Shown here piece by piece: positions 30,696 to 42,110 of a stretch of 64,000 nt of DNA (position 1 is the stretch's first letter; the number at the start of each line of letters is the position of its first letter). This stretch comes from the human T2T-CHM13v2.0 reference genome, Homo sapiens. The position numbers were made by a program, and so were the translations under genes. The notes under the pieces are model-generated. The model searched no databases. It saw only the letters and a program-made list of their open reading frames with translations, and was not told the origin of the DNA. The DNA lies in the NCBI RefSeq assembly GCF_009914755.1, contig NC_060926.1; one strand, written 5' to 3'.

Positions 30696-32762
30696 TCAAA
30701 TTATTCTTGTTTGCAATGATATAATCTTATATTTGGAAAAACCTTAAGACACCACGAGACAACAATTAGAACTGATAAACAAATTAAGGGAAGTTGCAGG
30801 ATACAAAATCAATATACAAAAATCAGTAGCATTTCTACATGCCAACAGTGAACAATTTGAAAAAGAAATGGAAAAGGTAATCCCATTTACAATAGCCACA
30901 AATAAAATTAAATATCTAGGAATTGACTTGACTAAAGAAGTGAAAGCTGTCTACAATGGAAACTGTAAAACACTGATGAAAGACAATTGAGAAGGATACA
31001 AAAAATGGAAAAATATTCCATGTTCATGAATTGTAAGAATAAATATTGTTAAAATGTGCATACTACCCAAAGCAATCTACAGATTCAATGAAATCCCTTT
31101 CAAAATACCAAGAACATTCTTCACAGAAGTAGAAAAAACAATCCTAAAATGTATGTGGAACCACAAAACACCCAGAATAACCAAAGCTATCCTAAGCAAA
31201 AAGAACAAAACTGGAGAAATCATATTACCTGACTTCAAATTATACTTCAGAGCTATAGTAATCAAAACAGCATGGTACTGACATAAAAATAGACACATAG
31301 ACAAATGGAACAGAATAGAGAACCTAGAAACAAATGCACCACCCACGGTGAACTCATTTTTGACAAAGATGCCAAGACCATACACTGGGGAAAAGACAGC
31401 CTCTTTAATAAATGGTAGTAGGAAAACTGGATATCCCACGAGGAAGAATGAAACTAGCCCCCCATCTCTCACTATATACAAAAATCAAATCAAAATGGAT
31501 GAAAGACTTAAATCTAAAACCTAAACTATGAAACTACTGCAAGAAATCATTGGGGAAAATCTCCAGGACAGTGGTTTGGGCAAAGATTTATTGAGTAATA
31601 CCCAACAAACACAGGCAATCAAAATAAAAATGGACAAATGGGATCACATCAGGTTAAAAAGCTTCTGCACAGCAGAGAGTACAATTAATGAAGAATGAGA
31701 CAAACCCACAGCATGAGAAAAGATATTTGCAAACTATTAATAGGGATTAACCAGAATATATAAGGAGCTCATGCAATTCTATAGGAAAAGAATCTAAAAA
31801 TCCGATCAAAAACTAGGCAAAACATTTGAATAGACATTTCTGAAAAGAAGACATACAAATGGCAAACAGGCATATGAGACATTGCTCAACATCATTGACC
31901 ATTACAGAAATGCAAATCAAAACTACAATGAAATATCATCTCACCTCAGTTAATATGGCTTATATCCAAAAGATAGGCAATAAGAAATGCTGGCAAGGAT
32001 GTGGAGAAAAGGGAACCCCCATGCACTGTCAGTAGGAACGTAAATTATTAATAGTACAACCACTATAAAGAATAGTTTAGAAGTTCCACAAAAAACTAAA
32101 AATTGACCCACCATATGATCCAGCAATCCCACTCTTGGTTATACACCCCAAAAAAAGGAAATCAGTATACACATTTATTGCAGCACTATTCACAACAGCC
32201 AAGATTTAGAAGCAACCTAAGTGTCTAACAACAGATGAATGAATACAGAAAATGTGGTACTTACACACAATGGAGTACTATTCAACCATAAAAAAAGAAT
32301 GAGATCCTGTCATTTGCAACAACATCGATGAAACAAGAGATCATTATTAAGTGCAATAAGCCAGGCACAGAAAGACAAACATCACATGGTCTCACTTATT
32401 TGTGAGATCTAAAAATCAAAACAATTGAACTCATTGACACAGAGAGTAGAAGGATGGTTACTAAAGGATGTGAAAGGTAGTGAGGGCCTGGCAGAGAGGT
32501 GGGGATGGTTAATGGGTACAAAGAAATAGTTACAAAGAATGAATAAGACCTACTATTCGATAGCACAATAGAATGACTATAGTCAATAATAACTTAATTG
32601 TACATTTTAAAGTAGACTAATGTGATTGTAACTCAAAGAATAAATGCTTGAGGGGATGGATGCCCCATTCTCCATGATGTGCTTAGTTCACGTTGCCTGC
32701 TTGTACCAAAATATCTCAAAACATAAATATATACATATACTACATATCCACAAACATGTTTA

Positions 32763-33040
32763 AAGAATGAGATAGTTACATATTGCATGATTCCATTTAT
32801 GTGAAGTTGAAGAAAAGGCATGGTTAATGTATGGTGGTAGAAGTCAGAATAGTGGCTACCTTTGGGTGGAGAGTACTGATTAGAGAGGGACTCAAGGGAA
32901 ACTTCAGGAGTGTGGAAAATGCTCTGTATCTTATCTGGATGGTGGTTTCATAGGTGAACATATAGGTAAGAATTTTTGGAGCCATATAATTAAGATTTGT
33001 AGGCTTTACTAAATGAGAGTTATGTCACAAAATAGAAATA
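32763..33040 (+). mobile_element. L1ME 3' region, right half
   Basis: tacatattgcatgattccatttatgtgaagtt..tagaagtcagaatagtggctacctttggg..tctgtatcttatctggatggtggtt. Confidence 0.75.
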
Positions 33041-33094
33041 TTTTTAAAACATACAATTCAAAGTATTATGAAATTTTTATTTACATTGAATAAA

Positions 33095-33280
33095 ATATGT
33101 TCCCCTGTAGTTTCTACCCATTGTTCATAATTCTACCCATTACGGCCCCAGAGAACATTCATATTTTTTAAGACCTGCGTAGATTTAACGGCAGCACCAC
33201 TTGCCCCAAAAAGATGCTCCCTTCTGACTGATGATCTCAGCTTTTTCAGCCAAAATATCAAGTCCCTTCACCTGATTTAT
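33095..33280 (-). mobile_element. L3/CR1 LINE fragment
   Basis: ttctacccattgttcataattctaccc..ctcagctttttcagccaaaatatcaagtcccttcacc resembles reverse L3. Confidence 0.4.
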
Positions 33281-33421
33281 TGGCCTTAATTGTAGAGAAT
33301 TCCAAAAATTTTATGACAAAAAAAATATTTTCTGACCTCCCAGATAAAAAGGCTACACAGGCTAGCCATGTCTCTAGGGCAACCTCTCTGGAGTATCACT
33401 TGCCCCAAAAACTTCATAGCG

Positions 33422-33435
33422 CTCTCTCTCTCTGT

Positions 33436-33480
<45 letters not shown>
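33422..33480. repeat. Compound (CT)n-(CA)~21 microsatellite
   Basis: Read directly. Confidence 0.97.
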
Positions 33481-33483
<3 letters not shown>

Positions 33484-34469
33484 TACACAGTCACTATAGC
33501 AGAATTGCATCAGCTCATAATAACCATTCTAAGACATAACTTTGAAAAACACAGTCTAGGTCTGGGAAGAAGTTCCTTTTTTTCCCAAAGGGACACAGTT
33601 AAAAAAAAAAAAGTGTTGCTTTTATGCTACTAAATTTGTAGTCTATTCTAAAAGCTTTTAAAAGAAATATAAGTCTGAGAATAGAATGCAAGCAACTCAG
33701 TGTTATCCTTCAAGGAATGAGCAAGTTGTGGGAACAAAGGCTACCTGCAGTACTTTTACCTTAAAGTAGTAGGAGTAGGCATTGTAGACAGTATTACACC
33801 CATCTAACATAGGAAGCAGTGGATTAGGATTAGATACGCCAAATCTCTTTCTTATTGCTATTTAAGAGCTATGGCTCCATGAACCATTTAATAATTCAGC
33901 AACATTACCAAGAGATATCACTGTTATCAAGGAATCATATTTAAAAACAGAATGGTTCAAGATAGAAACATATGTCAAAATAACCACGAAGGCTATAACA
34001 TTTTACAATTCATGTCATTTAGTTATGACTTGAAAATTGTGGAAGTTATGAGAAATTTTACCCAGTTTAACTGAAGGCCTCAAATGGTAAAAGTATACCC
34101 TAATGATGAGATGATTACCAAATTTACAAATCAGTAAAAGTATTCAAATAAGTTAATTGAAAAATGATGCATGAAATATTTTTGTTCATGTGTTTTGAAA
34201 AACATAGTTTGGTTTTAGATAGTGCTTACACATGGTTATACAGGATTAAATTACTATAGCATATTTCTCACAAAATTACTGAAATCTATTAATACGAATG
34301 AGGAGTCACAATAAGGCCAACAGTCTTTGTAGCCATGAGAAGTCAGCTACTCATTTCCAGTCTCATTGTGTTCTGAATATAAAGTAATCATCATTGTTGA
34401 AAAAAAAAATGTATAACTTTCAAAATGAAGTCTTTAGCTATAATGATATACACTTTTAAAATAAAATGT

Positions 34470-35252
34470 TAATTATAAAAGCTAGAATACTGATCAACTA
34501 TTAGATATTAGAAAATGTCTGTTAGCTTTCTAAGGTAAGGCAATATTACCATGGTTAAGTAGGATAATGTTTTTGTCTTTAAGAGGTTCATGCCAGAGGA
34601 TTTAGAGGTACAGTGTCATCTTCTCTGCATTTTCAAATGATTCACCACAAAAACAAACGCACATACATGTACCTACATTATAAAGCTAATACAACAAAAC
34701 AATAACAATGATTAAATTAAGGTGTCAAAGACACACGTGTGCTTTCAACTTTTCTGCATTTACCTGACAAAGTCCAGTTAGATAGAGTGAGTCTACTTAG
34801 TAGTTGAAAGAGGAATTTTAACACAGGAACATATTACAAAAATGTTAGACACCATAAAAACCTGAATAGGGGATCGTACAGCAATTCTGAGATGATCAGT
34901 AACAGGAAGCCCCTCTTACCCAACAACTTGAGGAGCAAAGGGAAAATGTGGTAATATCAAGTGGCGGGACCACTGAGCAGGATCAGCAGTCTCAACAGGA
35001 CCTGGGACTACTAAGGAGATACAGCCACTGCCAGAGACTCTCCTGAAAAAGATTTTTCTTTATGATATGCAATCTCCTTCCAGTTGGCCCAATCTGGCCC
35101 AAAGGCAGTGAGTAAGGAGTTTGGGAAATGCAGGCTTCCCAGACCTCCCCCTGACATAAGGCCAGACCAAGGGAAGTGGGGAAATAGATGGAGAGCAAGC
35201 AGAAAAGTGATCAGCACACTTTACGTTTGAAACTGTTCTCAATAAAAATGTG
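34470..35252 (+). mobile_element. L1MC-class 3' end split by an LTR
   Basis: atggttaagtaggataatgt..tttagaggtacagtgtcat..tttcaacttttctgcattt; resumes gtttgaaactgttctcaataaaaatg at 35225. Confidence 0.55.
34762..35218 (-). mobile_element. Ancient ERVL-class LTR
   Basis: GC-richer block ending aaggagtttgggaaatgcag..ggagagcaagcagaaaagtgatcagcaca that interrupts the L1MC. Confidence 0.5.
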
Positions 35253-35894
35253 TACAGAGAGGAACTGTGTGTCTAACATTTTTTTACAATTTTTTATTAT
35301 AACAATGCCTCCAAAATTTCAGTTATATCAGAGGCAAAATAGCTTTGCTCAATGGCATCCTGTTCAGTCAAAACAAATTTCTTTAGAAGAGAAACAAACA
35401 CAATGAATCAAGGTAATTCTAAGTTAAAAGTCATTGCAAAGTATTTATCCCCAAAAGCATCTTAACCTGGCACATTAAGGAACCTGGAGTTAAATTTAAA
35501 CATAAGCTTCATGAAACTTCTCCCAAGGTAAAGCACATTTAAACCCAAGTTTAATACAAAAGTGCCATGTATTGTTTTACAGAATAATATCATAATGGAT
35601 ATTGTCTAAGGAACTTAATGATATCTAAAGCAGCAGAAGGACATATGAGGCTTGTCTGCAAAGAAGCTACGAGGTCAGGAATAATATGTTTCTCTTAAAC
35701 AATAAGAGAAACTGAGCCACTCAATTTGACATTATTAGAGGTTAAGTGAATGATGGTGGAGGTACTGTCTCTTGGAAACATGAGGACACCTTACTTAGAG
35801 AGATAATACAATTAGCAGGTCCTTGAGCTGCCTGGCCTGGGCCAAATTCACTAGTCAATGCTACCCAGCTAGCAGTGCTCCATTTAATCACAAT

Positions 35895-36120
35895 TTTAAA
35901 AAAATACAACGGCTATATTGAGGTATAATTCAAATACTATATAATTCACCCACTTGAAATGTACAATTCAGTGGTTTTTAGTTTTGAATTTTAGTAATGA
36001 AGTTATGTAACAATCACCACAATTTTATATTATCACCCTCCAAAAGCAACGCTGTAGCCATTAGCACTCACCACTTCTCCCTAACCCTTCTGCCCTCTGC
36101 AAGCACTCATCTACTTCTCT
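35895..36120 (-). mobile_element. L1MB-class 3' end
   Basis: tattgaggtataattcaaatac..attcacccacttgaaatgtacaattcagtggtttttagt..caatcaccaca. Confidence 0.8.
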
Positions 36121-36689
36121 AAAAAATGATTAAGCCCGAGAAATAAAGAAACTAGGTAAACACAGACAAAAATCAAGGGTAAAAACTTAAAATTTGAACT
36201 GAATTTCCAAGCCATCCATGGCATACAAATGCTGATCAAAATATGTTGACTTTATACTGTATTAACACCTAATTCTTTTTTTAATGTTGCATAAGTCTGG
36301 ATGAAGTAATTAGACTCCTAGTTATGCCCATGCAGAATACAGGCTCCCTCTTAACCAGTCACTGGTGAAGAAGTAACCAGTCACTTCTTAACTAAAGAAG
36401 CAGCATATTTTAGAAACACAAATCATTTTGACTACAATACTACTTCTTCATTTCAGAAGGTGTAAAAATATATCTCTGAGGAATTTATCTCCAGAGACTT
36501 TAGATATAATATCTTATGAGATTTTACATTCAGATGTAATGAACTTTGCAAATATTTACTGAAGATAAAACATATTGTAAACATTTAAGATTTCTTTTAC
36601 ATCTGACAATCCATTCCCATTCTTGAGAGCATTGCTAGATTCTGCTAACAGTATCTTTCCTATATATGGTTTTTTTGGAAATAACCATG

Positions 36690-37096
36690 TGCTATAGACT
36701 GAATTGTGTCCCCCTTAATTCAGATGTTTAAGCCCTAACCTCCAATTTGATAGTATTTAAAGATGGGGCCTTTGGGGAATAATTAGATTTATTTGAAGTC
36801 ATGAGTGTGAGGGTCTTCATGATGGGCTTAGTGTCTTTATAAGAAGAGACATCTGAGAGCTTTCTCCTCTTTTCCCTTTCTCTCTGCCCTCTCACTCCCA
36901 CCCCATATGAGGGCACAGTGAGAAGGAGGCTATCTTCAAACTGGAAAGAGATCCCTCACAACTCTCACCAGAATCCAACCGAGTTGACACCTTGTTCTTA
37001 GAATTCCAGCTTCCATAACTGCGAGAAATAAATTTTTGTTGATTAAGTCACCTGATCTAAGGTATTTTGTTATGGCAGTGGGGGCTGACTAAGTCA
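36690..37096 (+). mobile_element. MLT1A/A0 MaLR solo LTR
   Basis: tgctatagactgaattgtgtcccc..gatggggcctttgggg..gagaaataaatttttgttg..ggtattttgttatggcag..gactaagtca; degenerate TSD ccatg/ccgtt. Confidence 0.9.
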
Positions 37097-37260
37097 CCGT
37101 TGTACTAAAATTTGACAAAAAAAGTACCTAAAGAGACACCATTTTACAAATTCAACTCTGATACTTCAGTAAAAATGCATACCACTTACATTAGCCGTAT
37201 AACTAAATAATTTGTTCTGAGCCCCTAGAGTACAATTTTAGCACATTGCTTTTCATAGGC

Positions 37261-37465
37261 CAGGGTTTCTCAACCCTAGAACTATTGACATTTTAAATGG
37301 GATAATGCTTTGTTGTAGGGGGTTATCCTGAGCATTGAACAATGTTTAATAGCATCTTGGCCTCTATCCACTAGATGCCATTAGCAACCCCTCCCAGTGC
37401 CATGGAAATTAAAAATGTCTCCAGGCTTCTTTGCCAAATGCCCTACAATGTACATTGAGAAACAA
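37261..37465 (+). mobile_element. MER20 hAT-Charlie DNA transposon
   Basis: cagggtttctcaacc..actattgacatttt..ggcctctatccactagatgcca..aaaaatgtctccag..ttgccaaatg..ttgagaaac. Confidence 0.88.
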
Positions 37466-38589
37466 AGTTTTAAGCCATTCATAAAAATAACATTTAAACA
37501 TTATGACATGTTTTCTACCAAGCTCACTTTTTATGCAATATGCAATGAGAGGTGTGAAATGTTGATTGCTACACATATAAATTGAGCATTTCCTAAATAA
37601 TACTATATTTTACCATCTGACGTTAAAAAAAAAAAAGCAAATAGTTTTAACATCTACTATTGCTCCACTGCCCTATCTTTGTTTGCTGAGATCCTGTGCA
37701 AAGGAAATAAAGTTTTGTTTTAATTATAATTAGCTATAGGATTTTGTTAGCTTCTTGTGTTAATACCAACATCATCACCTTCCAAAATCTCAACCTAGAA
37801 CAGTGCATCCATCTGAACAGCCCAGTCAAGGTGCATGAAGGTGGAAGGCAGGTATGTCTCATGCCTTCAGTGGAAACTGAAGCCACATGAGATATATTTA
37901 GAAAGGAGGTTGAAAAGAATTGATTCAGAAAATGAATGAAATATGAAGATTGACTAGTGATATCAATATCTTCTGTTTGTCTTCAAACTAAAAAAAAATG
38001 TACTATCCACTAGAAATTGTGTTCAAAGTAGTGCTTATCTTCCAAAAAACACTGTTAGTTCTGTGGTCCTGCTACTTCCTGGCTTACCTAAGATGCTGAC
38101 TTACATAGAGAGCCAAATCAACATTTCTCACACTGTTTAAGTGAAGAAAAGAATTCCAACTACCAAGAAATTGATTTGTGAAAGAACTCACAGAACATAA
38201 TTTGCTCGTAGATTTAGAGCCTGGTATGAATGGGAAAACATGGAAGGATGACATTCTTCTCCCTCACAAAGTCATCACACTTCATTTGCAGGTTCTGTTG
38301 CTTGGGGAAACCACAGCAGTACCTGCAAAGTCAACATCATATAGACTTTGACTTTGTGATCCTTTAGGGAAAACAAGAACTCTTCACACCTTTTAGCATC
38401 TACATTGCAGAAAACAACATAATATTGTGTTTAAAACAGCATTTTTTCACAGAAAATGGGGCTTCAGAACTTTTCCCTAGCTAAATCAGTAACATCTTGG
38501 TAGAATTGGCTTCTAACTGAGATGATCTACTTTGTATGCGGTCACACTCAAAACTTGAGAACAGAAGGAAGGGAAGTAAGTTTCATTTG

Positions 38590-38715
38590 CATCCCTCTTG
38601 ACAAACCTCTCTGAGTCTGGGTCTCCTTATCTGTTAAAAGGGAGTACATGTACTTACTTAATAGAATCAATCAAATTTTACAGTAACTAGCACATGGTAG
38701 GACTCCAATCCATTT
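38590..38715 (+). mobile_element. MIR fragment
   Basis: aacctctctgagtctgggtctccttatctgttaaaaggg..ctagcacatggtaggactccaat. Confidence 0.65.
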
Positions 38716-39454
38716 TATTCCTTCCTCCTTCTCATCCTGTCACCCATGAGACATAATGAGCTTTTGTTTTGCTGGAAAGAATGAGAGAGAGAGAGAGAGA
38801 AACAGAAAGCAGACAGCAAACAGTAAGAAACTGTTCAGTGACTAAGAAACAAAACAGAAGACAATTGATTTACTCTTTGGCACCACTTCAAACATCTCTG
38901 TATGAAAAAAATTACAAATAATTAATTATGATTCTGAGAAATTAAGGGATTTTTTTCCTCTGTGTTAAAGTCAAATTATCTTGAAAATAATTTACTTTTT
39001 AATGCTGACAAGATTTATCATAAACAAAACCCTCTTTTCCATTGTGGCTAAGAGTATGTCTTGAAAACTATAAACTTTATAATTGATTCTTCCAATGGCC
39101 CCTGGTGATCATGGCATTCTGAAAACACTGCAACCCAAATACTTGAAACCAGAACTAAACATAAACTATGCCCTCATCATCAGCCCAGTGATGAGGTTCC
39201 ACAGCTTTCTCACTCTTTGCCTCCCACACTTGCCTTTCTTTCAAGGTTGCATAGTTGTAGAGTGGTGAGCTTTCAAAATATAAACTGTAATAAACTCTAA
39301 TAATATCAAGCATGACTCATTCACCAGAAGAAGCAGAATTCAATCATTATTAATTAGTGTACTTTCGATTATCAACCTAGACATTATCTAAAGGCTAATC
39401 TCATGAATACAGTTGAAATGTTAAACAAGAATATTGATAGCATAAAGGATTTAC

Positions 39455-39595
39455 TCACTTGTAAATCTTCACCTAGACTCTTGAGCTCATCAAGCTAGCA
39501 ATATAAATTTATTTTCATCTTCATCTCTATGAAAAAAAAAATCATACCCGAGTTCCTGGAAAAGTTGGTGGTTTATATTTGCTGAAAGACTAATA
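39455..39595 (+). mobile_element. L2 3'-end fragment
   Basis: cacctagactcttgagctc..ttcatcttcatctc..atatttgctgaaagactaat. Confidence 0.45.
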
Positions 39596-39952
39596 TTTGC
39601 TTCAATTATGAACTATATCACTATTTGTCTTATAAAGGTATTTTTGAATAGGTTGATTTTAAATAAAAATCATGTATTTTTTCAAGGACAACTTAAATAT
39701 AAGCATTAAAATGGCTTTACTTGATATCTTTAGTAAGCTATAACCAGATAATCAAGGACTATAAAGGATTAATTTTTCTCTTACTTTATCAAAGAGCAGC
39801 TGTAAAAGTACAAAATCCACTGTTAAACCTGTGTTTACAGTTCTAATGGTAGATTTATAAAGTAATGTGTATAGCAACGGTTTCTCTATAATTTTTTTCT
39901 TTTCTTTTGATAGAATTAAAAATCCTCTTGCTTTTTCAAGCCTAATGTTGAA

Positions 39953-39966
39953 GATTCCATGGTAAC
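39953..39966. promoter_or_regulatory. Candidate RFX X-box
   Basis: GATTCCATGGTAAC, one mismatch to GTTNCCATGGNAAC; TAGCAAC half-sites at 39872 and 40088. Confidence 0.35.
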
Positions 39967-40643
39967 TGCCTTTTTATTTGGTTTCCTTTCTTAGCCTTTG
40001 TTGTTCTTTTGCTTTGCTTTTCAGTTGGAAAAATATTTTGCTTAAAATACAGTACAGGGAAATCAACAATCCAGGCTTTAGTCTATGTAGCAACTCTTGA
40101 GGCTCCCCATCTTAAGAAAAGATAAAAGTTTTTTAAGGTTTTGAATTAGGTCACAATGCTGTAAAGAATCAAACTGCAATATTAGAGTGGGGCAGAATTT
40201 AGTGGTCAAAATGCTATATTGAATAATTCAGTGTTCCATTTGTATACACTGTTCTACATTTCTCATTTTCTCATATTTGTAACTACCATTAGTTTATAAA
40301 AATTATTTGCAGAAAAGACATTACAAGTTGTGAGAATTACCAATTATTTTTGAAGTGTAACCTACTTCAATCACTATCCATAAAGTGGAACTGAGAACAC
40401 TTCCTACCTCTTCCCATTTCAAGGAATGTGGTGATTACCAAGCCTGAGTCTGTGAGGCATTTGAAGCTGTTTCCCTCAGTATAATGTAGTATGATGCTTA
40501 ATCCAAAGCTAAGTTAAACATTTATTTCTTCTATTCATATTTTCTGCTTCCACTTGATATTTTAATGAATTTATTGATGCTTTTGTATAGAAAATTTCAA
40601 GTTTGAGGCCACCAATATCCCTTTACTTTCTTCAAACTGACAG

Positions 40644-40682
40644 AAGACATAAAGAGCTATAAAAAGGTTATATGATTAACAG
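40644..40682 (+). other. Candidate short exon (non-coding or UTR)
   Basis: Pyrimidine tract then CAG at 40641-40643; consensus donor CAG|GTGAGT; stops in all three frames. Confidence 0.3.
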
Positions 40683-40849
40683 GTGAGTTTTAATGATTAA
40701 TGTAAATGTTTTATGTAAATTTTAAATTGTCGGATTTAAAAACCATGTTCATTGATGATTTATCATACCTCTGTGAGGAAAGTCAGAATTATAACCTTAT
40801 TTTTAAAGCTACTGAATGCCATTTTGTTACCAATCATTAATAAAAACTA

Positions 40850-41048
40850 TTACACAGGATATCAGCAAAAATTTAGGAGAACCGAACATTACCAACCAAC
40901 AGGACCTAACTGACTTATTTGGAAGACTCTGTTCAACAGGATAAAAATACACATAATTTTCAAGTGTTCATAGAACATTCATGAAGATACATCTTATCTA
41001 ATCAGAAAACAAATTTTAACAAATTTAAAATAATTTTATATAGAGTAT
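40850..41048 (+). mobile_element. Old L1M ORF2 endonuclease-region fragment (probably the left part of the L1MD at 45754)
   Basis: caaccaacaggacctaactgac..aatacacataattttcaagtgttcatagaacattca..aacaaatttaaaa. Confidence 0.7.
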
Positions 41049-41451
41049 ATCCATCAATGATAGACTGGATTAAGAAAATGTGGCACATATACACCATGGA
41101 ATACTAAGCAGCCACAAAAAAGGATGAGTTCATGTCCTTTGTAGGGACATAGATGAAGCTGGAAACCATCATTCTCAGCAAACTATGGCAAGGATAAAAA
41201 ACCAAACACCGCATGTTCTCACTCATAGGTGGGAATTGGACAATGAGAACACTTGGACACAGGAAGGGGAACATCACACACCAGGGCCTGTCATAGGGTG
41301 GGGGAAGTGGGGAGGGATAGCATTAGGAGATACACCTAATGTAAATGACGAGTTAATGGGTGCAGCACACCAATAATGGCACATGTATACATATGTAACA
41401 AACCTGCACATTGTGCACAGGTACCCTAGAACTTAAAGTATAATAAAAAAA
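41049..41451 (+). mobile_element. 5'-truncated L1PA4/5-type 3' end (~400 bp)
   Basis: gatagactggattaagaaaatgtgg..acaggaaggggaacatcacac..gagttaatgggtgcagcacacc..aaagtataataaaaaaa. Confidence 0.94.
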
Positions 41452-42060
41452 GAGAAGAATTTTCAACCCAGAATTTCATATCTAGCCAAACTAAACTTCA
41501 TAAGTGAAGGAGAAATAAAATCCTTTACAGACAAGCAAATGCTGAGGGATTTTGTCACCACCAGGCCTGCCTTACAAGAGCTCCTGAAGGAAGCACTAAA
41601 TATGGAAAGGAAAAAACAGTACCAGCCACTGCAAAAACATACCAAAATGTAAAGACCATCGACACTATGAAGAAACTGCATCAACTAATGGGCAAAATAA
41701 TCAGCTAGCATCATAATGACAGGATCAAATTCACATATAACAGTATTAACCTTAAATGTAAATGGGCTAAATACCCCAATTAAAAGACACAGACTGGCAA
41801 ATTGGATAACGAGTCAAGACCCATCAGTGTGCTGTATTCAGGAGACCCATCTCACATGCAGAGACACACATAGGCTCAAAATAAAGGCATAAAGAAAGAT
41901 TTACCAAGCAAATGGAAAAAATGGAAAGCAGAAAAAAAGCAGGGGTTGCAATCCTAGTCTCTGATACAATGGACTTTAAGCCAACAAAGATGCAAAAAGG
42001 ACAAAGAAGGGCATTACATAATGGTAAAGGGATCAACGCAACAAGTAGAGCTAACTATCC

Positions 42061-42110
<50 letters not shown>

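Noticed and set aside
38083-38330. Minus-strand acceptor (ctttgcag) and donors (GTAAG) suggesting an exon
   Set aside because: Stops in all frames, several competing donors, no partner exon
39459-39526. Minus-strand exon-like segment with tttttttttcatag acceptor and CAA|GTGAGT donor
   Set aside because: Falls in an antisense L2 3' end, which often mimics splice sites; no other support
40658-40666. TATA-like TATAAAAAG
   Set aside because: Only 16 nt before the donor, too close to start that exon; common in AT-rich DNA
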